Position numbers and translations under genes: made by a program. A stretch of DNA of 64,000 bases, taken from positions 11,108-75,107 of the forward strand of contig CAZHTP010000004.1 of NCBI GenBank assembly GCA_964535655.1, read 5' to 3'. Below are positions 37,551 to 44,886 of the stretch, one piece after another (within the stretch, counting starts at the first letter, position 1; each line of letters opens with the position of its first letter). The notes beneath the pieces were generated by a model, which was not told the origin of the DNA, made no database searches, and saw only the letters and a list, made by a program, of their open reading frames with translations. The stretch is from an uncultured Gammaproteobacteria bacterium (GTDB taxonomy: Bacteria > Patescibacteriota > Microgenomatia > JALYQM01).

Positions 37551-39356
37551 TTATCCTTGCAGCACTTGATTTATAACCGGTGGTATTTGATCCGGTGTGA
37601 CATCGGACTTCATAATTAAGGATTTTGCTCCAAGCTGGATGCATTTATTAAGTACCTCTTCGGCGGCGAGGTTGGTGAGGAGGACGACCGGGATAGCAAA
37701 GTTTTTAGAGTGATCCTTTTTCTTTTGCAGAAATTCTACTCCGTCCATTTTGGGCATCATAATGTCTAAAAGCACAAGATCGTAATGATCCATTTCCATT
37801 TTAAGCAGGCCTTCTTGTCCGTTGGTGGCAATGGTAACGTTGTACATATCTGATAAATACTCTCCATACAAATCTTGCATATCTGCATCGTCTTCGATAA
37901 GCAATATATTTTTCTTGGTGTTTGCTTGCGGTTTGAGTGGTATTTCATTTCGTTTACCAATAGCGCGGAGATAGTCTTCGCGAGTGATAATTCCTTCATG
38001 AACAAAATTGGGAGCAACTGCCGGTTTGCGCGGTGCTACCAAGCTTGGTGTGATGGGTAGGGAGATATAAAATGTGGAACCTTTGCCGTGTTCGGAATCC
38101 ACCCAAATTTTTCCTTGCATAATTTCGGTCATCGATTTTGTAATGTATAATCCAAGCCCGGTGCCACCGGTTTCTGGATTAGAAGCGGTAAGAGAAGTAT
38201 CTTCACGGTGAAATTTTTTGAAGAGTTGGGGAAGAAAATCTGGGGCAATACCTCGACCGGTATCTTTGATCTCGAACTGGATATTTTCATCTTTTTTAAT
38301 AATGTGGATGGTAACACCACCTTTATCTGTGAACTTAACGGCATTGCTCACGAGATTCATCAAAATTTCTTTTAAGCGCATATTGTCTACTTGAATAGTA
38401 GGTGGTAAATCGTCGCTTTTTGTTACGGTTAAGGTAATTTTCTTGTTTTGAGCCTTAGCTGTTAAGTCTTTTACTATTTCATCAATAACATCAAGGTAAT
38501 TTATTGCTTGTGGGTTCAGCTCAATGCTTCCGCTTTCTATTTTAGAGACGTCGAGAATGTCATTGATGAGGTGGATAAGGTTTTGTATTCCAGTAAACGA
38601 ATTTTGTAACCTTTCTTTGTCTTTGTCAGAAAGGACTGTCCCTGCTGCCGGTTTAGATAAAATCATCCATAAGTAGTTTTGGACAACTGTTGCCGGAGTG
38701 CGCAATTCATGGGAGGTTACCGCAATAAGTTGGTCCTTCATTTTATCTAACTGATGAAGCTGAGCGTTGGTTTTGTATAACTCTTGTGTGATGGTAGTGA
38801 TTGAGTTTTGCGAATCTTGTAATCTAAACGCTGAGGCAATTAAATTGGAAAGCATTTGCGTGATTTGTAGTTGCATTTGATTTAGTTCAATAGGCGGCTT
38901 GTCTACACCATAAATGACTATACCGCGTAACACTTTAGCGATGTATATCGGTGCAATGAGAATGGCTTGAATTTCCTGTTTATTTTCTATCACTGAAGGG
39001 ATAATAGTATCTTTATCTTGAATTATTGCGATTTTACGATTTTTTAAATCTGTTTTAATGCGGTTTTCCGTGTTTAAAATAGTGTTAGTTTTTTCGTAAA
39101 GTTCTTTTGCTTCACTATTTGCTTGCATATCTGACTGTTCAAATTCCCCAGTCTGCGCGTTTTTAGTATAGATGAGGGCAATTTGTTTTTCGTCATCAAT
39201 GAACAGTGCGCTTAAATATTTGGTGTTAAGATCGATTAATTGTAGTTTAACAGGTACTTGATTAAGTGCTTTGACTACCAGTAGCTCCGTGTCGTCAGTA
39301 TCCAGCATCGACTGCTGGGTTTCAGCGATAAATGATAGGTTGATCTTATCTGTCAT
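37551..39356 (-). CDS. Cytoplasmic hybrid histidine kinase (GAF-HisKA-HATPase-REC)
   Basis: SHELRTP, NAVKFT, DTGRG, GTGLGL; C-terminal LLIEDD...LDIMMPKMDG...K receiver. Confidence 0.92.
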   Translation of the reverse strand: MTDKINLSFIAETQQSMLDTDDTELLVVKALNQVPVKLQLIDLNTKYLSALFIDDEKQIALIYTKNAQTGEFEQSDMQANSEAKELYEKTNTILNTENRIKTDLKNRKIAIIQDKDTIIPSVIENKQEIQAILIAPIYIAKVLRGIVIYGVDKPPIELNQMQLQITQMLSNLIASAFRLQDSQNSITTITQELYKTNAQLHQLDKMKDQLIAVTSHELRTPATVVQNYLWMILSKPAAGTVLSDKDKERLQNSFTGIQNLIHLINDILDVSKIESGSIELNPQAINYLDVIDEIVKDLTAKAQNKKITLTVTKSDDLPPTIQVDNMRLKEILMNLVSNAVKFTDKGGVTIHIIKKDENIQFEIKDTGRGIAPDFLPQLFKKFHREDTSLTASNPETGGTGLGLYITKSMTEIMQGKIWVDSEHGKGSTFYISLPITPSLVAPRKPAVAPNFVHEGIITREDYLRAIGKRNEIPLKPQANTKKNILLIEDDADMQDLYGEYLSDMYNVTIATNGQEGLLKMEMDHYDLVLLDIMMPKMDGVEFLQKKKDHSKNFAIPVVLLTNLAAEEVLNKCIQLGAKSLIMKSDVTPDQIPPVINQVLQG

Positions 39357-39361
39357 GTGAT

Positions 39362-39649
39362 TTAATTCTTTAATATATCCGGCAAATCTTGCGGTTCAAT
39401 TTTGCCTTGTAATGGTTCAATTGCTTCTTTACAGATTTGGACTGAGGCTTGACCGAACAGTTTGGAATATCTTTCTACCAGGCCTTGAATGATTGTTTTT
39501 CCGTCACCTTCGAGTTTAATGTCATTAATATCCTGAATGTGTAGCCCCGGCACCTTGTTTGCTTGTGTGATAGCAATAGGACCAATAATATATTGTTGCT
39601 CTTTAATTATGTATGCTGCAATTTGATTATACAAATCTATGTTATTCAT
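39362..39649 (-). CDS. Small conserved helical protein associated with signalling genes
   Basis: IIKEQQYIIGPIA..QA.KV.GL...LV..Y..LFG..S...C pattern; ATG overlaps upstream stop region. Confidence 0.65.
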   Translation of the reverse strand: MNNIDLYNQIAAYIIKEQQYIIGPIAITQANKVPGLHIQDINDIKLEGDGKTIIQGLVERYSKLFGQASVQICKEAIEPLQGKIEPQDLPDILKN

Positions 39650-40439
39650 ATTCTCTAAATGAAAGTAATCCTAAAGACATAATTAGAAATGAAGTTGTAT
39701 ATAACATATCTACAACTCCACCGTTGTAATAGGTACCGTTTGCTGTCATGTATAAAAAAGTATAATCTGTAAAATATTGAAAACCTAAGGCAAAAATTAA
39801 GTAAAGGATTCTGCTACGCATATGTCCGCCTAGTACTCCAGTTGATAATCCTAGCGTGATTAAAGCAATAGAAATGGTGATAGCTTCACCAAAAGGATAT
39901 CCAAAATCTAGAAAAGTTCTTATTGGATCGGATATATCGAAGGCTAAATTCTTCAAAAATAGAAAATAGGAGATAGCTACCATGAGTATTGGGATGATAA
40001 CTACGAGCGCTTTACCTTTTATAGTCTTGAGATTATATTTTGCGTTAGAAGCTTTTGCTAAATAAAGTATTCCAATAGCATATAGTGGGATTATCGAAAA
40101 GTATCCTATGTCTGCAATGGATGGATACGGCACTTCGATTTTTGCAATTATATTATAGTATGACCAGACTCCTTGGCCGAAAAACTCTCCTAAAAGTCCG
40201 CAAGAAAAGAATAAAATTCCTCTTCCCATTGCACTTCTATATGTTCCCCATACACGCGAAACTAGAATCCCACTAATTCCTCCAATAAGCGCGATTGCTG
40301 AGTAGAGAAAACCAAAAAGATATACTTCGCTTGTTCCTTTTATATCTAGGATGTTTAATCGTAACCACCACAATAAAAGGAGACAATAGAAAGTTACAAG
40401 AAAATAAGTGGTTTTACTTCTAATAATCGTAGAGAACAT
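39642..40439 (-). CDS. Stand-alone 7-8 TM receptor-like membrane protein
   Basis: PYPSIADIGY, YPFGE, D..F.Y...G.YY.G..VD..Y pattern resembling TM input modules of GGDEF/HK proteins; no output domain. Confidence 0.65.
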   Translation of the reverse strand: MFSTIIRSKTTYFLVTFYCLLLLWWLRLNILDIKGTSEVYLFGFLYSAIALIGGISGILVSRVWGTYRSAMGRGILFFSCGLLGEFFGQGVWSYYNIIAKIEVPYPSIADIGYFSIIPLYAIGILYLAKASNAKYNLKTIKGKALVVIIPILMVAISYFLFLKNLAFDISDPIRTFLDFGYPFGEAITISIALITLGLSTGVLGGHMRSRILYLIFALGFQYFTDYTFLYMTANGTYYNGGVVDMLYTTSFLIMSLGLLSFREYE

Positions 40440-40491
40440 CTACATTTAATGAAATACTTAATCACTGAATTTGTCAATGAGTGTGAAACTT

Positions 40492-41316
40492 TTATTCAAT
40501 GTCAGCATAAAAATGCGCAAATCCTTCGCCCATTTTATACTTTATTCTAACAGTTAAGCTGTCACCTCTGTTTGCTTTACTGTTTTTAATTGGGATAATA
40601 ATAGGCATGTTCATGTCAGGAGTACCCCACATTCTTTGCTTTTTTGTAAGAGCGACGCGAGTCCTCATACGTATGGCATTACAATGTCCTGAAACTTTAA
40701 TTGGTATTTCTACGGCAGTATCTACTGTGGTATCGATGTACTTTCTAAAGTCAATTTCCTGATATAGAATGCTATCGGACAATACTTTAATAATTTTGTC
40801 ATTTGCTCCGTAATTTCGCGCTTGAATAATGCAAGGCATTTCAAATCCGTAAAAATTAAAATCATAATCTATCGCTTCCACATAACATTCAGCTTTATAG
40901 GGTATTAAAATAGTATGTTCGTCGATTGTTTTATTCTTTCTTAAATTATTTAAAGCCACTGCTTGTTGTTCGGAGACTAATCCTGTGTCAAGCATTTCCA
41001 TGATTAAGACATTAACCTTTACCGGCTCATTGAATTTCTTTAGATCCTGGCACAAAACAGTTATCTTGTTTTTGTAGGGGCTTGCAGCAATATTTTTTTT
41101 TGCTTGCATGATGGTATCTTCCGCTATATCCACTGAGTAAACTTTTTTTGCTCCGGCACGAGCAGCCAATAAGCCCAAGATACCCGTACCTGTGCCTGCG
41201 TCCATGACTACGTGATGGTCTTGAATTGTTGCGTTTATCGCTTTTTCAAAAGCCTCAGTTCTTTTGACATCCAATAAACATTCGTTTATTACTTGTAAAT
41301 TATTGAAGATATCCAT
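40492..41316 (-). CDS. Protein-arginine methyltransferase (PRMT)-like SAM methyltransferase
   Basis: LLD..RT.AF..AI, VMDAGTGTGIL..LAARAGAKKVY, double-E loop IMEMLDTGLVSE, beta-barrel C-terminus. Confidence 0.8.
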   Translation of the reverse strand: MDIFNNLQVINECLLDVKRTEAFEKAINATIQDHHVVMDAGTGTGILGLLAARAGAKKVYSVDIAEDTIMQAKKNIAASPYKNKITVLCQDLKKFNEPVKVNVLIMEMLDTGLVSEQQAVALNNLRKNKTIDEHTILIPYKAECYVEAIDYDFNFYGFEMPCIIQARNYGANDKIIKVLSDSILYQEIDFRKYIDTTVDTAVEIPIKVSGHCNAIRMRTRVALTKKQRMWGTPDMNMPIIIPIKNSKANRGDSLTVRIKYKMGEGFAHFYADIE

Positions 41317-41323
41317 AAATTTG

Positions 41324-41851
41324 TTACGTCCATCCTTCGGACTGATATACAGCTAATGCTAATGCACAACTTGGGTATTGATTAACTTGAGTATGAGCGA
41401 TCTTACTATGAACATTATTTTTGTCGAAAGGAATGTTTCTGAAATCACATAGATCGTTTAAAGAGTTACTAATTTTTAGCTCTAAGTTACGGATTACTTC
41501 CTCGAGATTTGTTCCTCGTTCGTCGTGTTCAACAAATAATCCACGGTTATCCTGATACTGATACCATCCAATTCCTGCTGCAATTATTTCTTTCGGCTGA
41601 ATACTTCGTATTTCGGCTTTTACGCAATACAGTTTGTGCCCATATTCATTTTCATTCAAATTAAGAATTGGCATTTTTACAACTTTTGAATCAGGAGGGA
41701 TAATAGAGGAAAGAGGTATAAGATTGTAATTACATACACCTGTCGCTTTAAGTGCTGCATCAAATGCAGATAATTCTGTTTTACCAAAACCGGAACCAGA
41801 TACTACATAAATAGTGAGTCCTGTAACAAAATTTTCAGTCATTTCGTTCAT
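41324..41851 (-). CDS. pdaD: Pyruvoyl-dependent arginine decarboxylase
   Basis: G.G.TELSAFDAAL..GV.NYNLIPLSSIIPP self-cleavage motif. Confidence 0.88.
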   Translation of the reverse strand: MNEMTENFVTGLTIYVVSGSGFGKTELSAFDAALKATGVCNYNLIPLSSIIPPDSKVVKMPILNLNENEYGHKLYCVKAEIRSIQPKEIIAAGIGWYQYQDNRGLFVEHDERGTNLEEVIRNLELKISNSLNDLCDFRNIPFDKNNVHSKIAHTQVNQYPSCALALAVYQSEGWT

Positions 41852-41979
41852 TTTATTGTTGTTTAGTATTTTGTATTATTCTATCAAGATTATATTTTTT
41901 AGTATAGCCAGAAGTCCTTCTAGTTGTTTTTGCCTTTTATTTGACAAAAAAGGACGCCTCTAGTAATATTGGAGAATCT

Positions 41980-43026
41980 GTGGAGCCAAATGTAAGCTTT
42001 TCTGAACTTTTTAATAAGTTTAGACATAAAGCTAACTTTCATACTTATTCTCAATTTGGTCAGGCACTAGCTGCCGAAGGTTTTGTATTTGAAGACAGTA
42101 TCTTTTCAAAATGGAAACAAGGAAAGCGATTTCCTCACGATCGTAGAGTCATTTTGGCGATTATTAAAGTGCTAGTAAGAGGCAAAGGGATAACACATTT
42201 GGATGATGCGAATGCTATGCTTGCTTCTGTAGAACAAAGAGATTTATCTCATACTGAAAAACAGCAGATCCTTGAAGGTTTAGTTTCAGAAAATCAAGTT
42301 TATTCTTATTACACACCCACTGTTCGACCTTCGCTAATTCTTCAAAATATTGAAGTTAACGCACATAGTACTTATGTTTTAAATCTACAGGACATTACTT
42401 ATCCTAAGATTCGTAATTATTGGCAATATCAAACTCTCTGTGCAGTCTCCGAAAACTATACTGCTCTTTGTGAAAAAGCTATTTCTTCAGAAGAGGCGTT
42501 TAAAATGCAAGTTGAAGATGATTATGACAAAATTGGATATGGAACTACTCTTGTTGTAGTAGTAATCGATAAAAACGTTGGTAGAGAATATTTAGCTGCA
42601 ACAGGGCGATTCACTAAGGGTAAAAACTTACATTCTGTAACCCTGGATCTAATGAATTTTCTCAACGTAAAAGGAAAGTGGCCTCATGAAGAAAAAAATT
42701 GTCCTCCAGAACTTACGGCTGAATTTGATCGAATTTATATAGCGAATTGGGCTTGGTCATGGAGGAAGCAACTTTTTAGACAACTTCTTGATTCTGTTGC
42801 CGAGCTGGTAAAATGGAATAATACAAAATTTTTGTATAGTATAACTGCTCCTTCATTGCATGTTCTATATCAAGAAAATGAAATTCAATTTGAAAAAATT
42901 CAGGATGTATATTTTTTGGGGAATCTTCCTGAAGCAGCTGTACTTTTTCCTTCAGCTTACTTTGAAGCAACCCATTTTAAAGAATGGTGGAATGCGTATA
43001 CTGGATTATATAGATTAATGTTGTGA
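41980..43026 (+). CDS. XRE-like HTH fused to a LuxI/FeeM-like GNAT domain
   Basis: N-term FSELF..FR...FSKWKQGKRFP; C-term EDDYD, ATGRFTKG, WPHE, AEFDR; TTG 41941 coincides with a TTGACA -35, so GTG 41980 is preferred. Confidence 0.6.
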   Translation: MEPNVSFSELFNKFRHKANFHTYSQFGQALAAEGFVFEDSIFSKWKQGKRFPHDRRVILAIIKVLVRGKGITHLDDANAMLASVEQRDLSHTEKQQILEGLVSENQVYSYYTPTVRPSLILQNIEVNAHSTYVLNLQDITYPKIRNYWQYQTLCAVSENYTALCEKAISSEEAFKMQVEDDYDKIGYGTTLVVVVIDKNVGREYLAATGRFTKGKNLHSVTLDLMNFLNVKGKWPHEEKNCPPELTAEFDRIYIANWAWSWRKQLFRQLLDSVAELVKWNNTKFLYSITAPSLHVLYQENEIQFEKIQDVYFLGNLPEAAVLFPSAYFEATHFKEWWNAYTGLYRLML

Positions 43027-43400
43027 GATTCTTTATGTTAGCTAATTGGACCTATTCTCTAGTTGTTCTTATACTCACTACTTTATCAGGTTTTGCTGAT
43101 GGTTATGGTTTTAGTAACGCTTCTAAGTTGTGGAATCCAACATTTAGTTGGTTGACTTTTTTTCATTCTGCGATTGGGTTTTTCGTAGGTATTTTGTTAT
43201 TTTGGTGTTCTGTAAGGTATATGAATCTGCTCGGAATAACTTCAGCAGAAGTCCAATCTTTACTGTGGTTTGCTTCTACAATTGTCAGTGTTGCGATCTT
43301 TACCGGGTCATTTTTTAATTGGACGGTAGCGGATAAAATTATTGCTCTGGTTGTGGTTTGTGGTATAAGTTTATTGATTGTCAGAGTGGGTGCTCTCTAG
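43023..43400 (+). CDS. SMR/DMT-like four-TM protein A
   Basis: About 120 aa, 4 hydrophobic helices, acidic residue in TM1 (GFADG). Confidence 0.55.
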   Translation: MRFFMLANWTYSLVVLILTTLSGFADGYGFSNASKLWNPTFSWLTFFHSAIGFFVGILLFWCSVRYMNLLGITSAEVQSLLWFASTIVSVAIFTGSFFNWTVADKIIALVVVCGISLLIVRVGAL

Positions 43401-43420
43401 AAAAATTTAAGATTAAAACT

Positions 43421-43807
43421 ATGTCTGTTGTCATTTATGTTATTGCCGGCCTTTTTTTTGCAGCGGCTACGGGTATTGCTGATGGTAATGCTGTCTATCG
43501 ATCTAGCCTAGGGTGGAGTAGAAATCCAAATAGTTGGCTACCTGTTATTCATATGAATCAATTATTAGCATCCGCGGGATATTTTTTCGTTGGTGTCCTT
43601 CTTTATCATTTATATGTTGGAGTGATGATTCAGGCAAATGTGCGTTCTCCACTTTTACAAAATCTTATATGGGTTACGATCATGTCTATTGTGGTTGCGT
43701 ATAAGGATCAGGTTTTATTTAGCTGGACTTTATTCGAAAAAGGCTTTGCTGTTGTAATATTTATTCAACTCATACTCTTACTTTATTTTACCGGTAAACA
43801 TGGGTAA
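43421..43807 (+). CDS. SMR/DMT-like four-TM protein B (paralog of A)
   Basis: 4 TM; shares GIADG, FFVG, Q.L.W, F.WT...K motifs with the upstream gene. Confidence 0.55.
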   Translation: MSVVIYVIAGLFFAAATGIADGNAVYRSSLGWSRNPNSWLPVIHMNQLLASAGYFFVGVLLYHLYVGVMIQANVRSPLLQNLIWVTIMSIVVAYKDQVLFSWTLFEKGFAVVIFIQLILLLYFTGKHG

Positions 43808-43813
43808 TTCTGC

Positions 43814-44320
43814 CTAAAAGGTTTTGAAGTAGATGATATTATCCTCTCTTTGCTTTCTGCCAATTGGGTGGGGGTAATAGTCTGGTAGTACTCCGAGTGG
43901 TTTAAACCCGCATTTTTCGTAAAAAGTTTTTACGCTAGTATTATGATGTTCATTAGAAGTTTCCAAGTAGATATGTTTGCCGCCATGTTCTTTTATTTTT
44001 TCGCAAGCAAAGTTTAGAAGTAATTTCCCATAACCTTTTTTTTGATGAAGTTTTGAAACGAGAAGCCAATTAATCTTGTAATAATTTTCAGTAAGTTCAA
44101 TGTATGAGTACATAATCATACCTATCGGAGTCTCATCATTAAGTAAAACTATAATTTGTTGTTGTTTGTGAGTAGAGTGAAGTTTGAGTAAGTAACCTAA
44201 TAGCTCGTTGCGATAAACCTCGTAGTCTTTTTTAGAGAAAATATCGGGAAATTGCTTGATAAGATCTTCGATCTCTGTAAGGTATTTATCGGAAAATAAT
44301 GTTACATGAATTGCAGACAT
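43814..44320 (-). CDS. GNAT N-acetyltransferase
   Basis: V...HQKKGYGKLLL motif A; FYEKCGF. Confidence 0.88.
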   Translation of the reverse strand: MSAIHVTLFSDKYLTEIEDLIKQFPDIFSKKDYEVYRNELLGYLLKLHSTHKQQQIIVLLNDETPIGMIMYSYIELTENYYKINWLLVSKLHQKKGYGKLLLNFACEKIKEHGGKHIYLETSNEHHNTSVKTFYEKCGFKPLGVLPDYYPHPIGRKQREDNIIYFKTF

Positions 44321-44404
44321 AGTGTAATTGTAGCAAAAATGTGTCTTTTCACAATTGTAATGTAAATGTTGTTATTTTAGCCCATCCTTCGTATCATATA
44401 CTCT

Positions 44405-44857
44405 ATGAAAAAGTCTTTTCTAATTTTACCCTTATTATTAACAACGATCGTTTTCTCGGGATGTGTTCGAGAAGCGGCATATGATTCTAAAAAATCTGAA
44501 GGAGGGAAAGTGAGCGGTTATTCAGCAGATGGTTCTTCGAGTTTACAAAAAGAAGATTTAGTTTTTGGTACGGGGGCGGAGGCAATTCCTGGAAAGACAG
44601 TGAGTGTTCACTATGTTGGCACCTTAACCAATGGTACCAAGTTTGATAGTTTGCGCGATCGTAATGAGCCTTTTGAATTCACACTTGGTGCTGGCCAAGT
44701 GATCAGAGGTTGGGATGACGGTGTTGCTGGAATGAAAGTTGGTGGAAAGCGCAAACTAACTATTCCACCTGAATTGGGTTATGGAGCGCGAGATATGGGT
44801 GTTATTCCTCCAAATTCTACACTGGTTTTTGAAGTAGAGCTTTTGGATGTTAAGTAA
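44405..44857 (+). CDS. FKBP-type peptidyl-prolyl isomerase (lipoprotein)
   Basis: Lipobox FSGC; [33 protein letters not shown]. Confidence 0.93.
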   Translation: MKKSFLILPLLLTTIVFSGCVREAAYDSKKSEGGKVSGYSADGSSSLQKEDLVFGTGAEAIPGKTVSVHYVGTLTNGTKFDSLRDRNEPFEFTLGAGQVIRGWDDGVAGMKVGGKRKLTIPPELGYGARDMGVIPPNSTLVFEVELLDVK

Positions 44858-44886
44858 TCTCTTCAATTTTTTGCTATACTTGTCCC

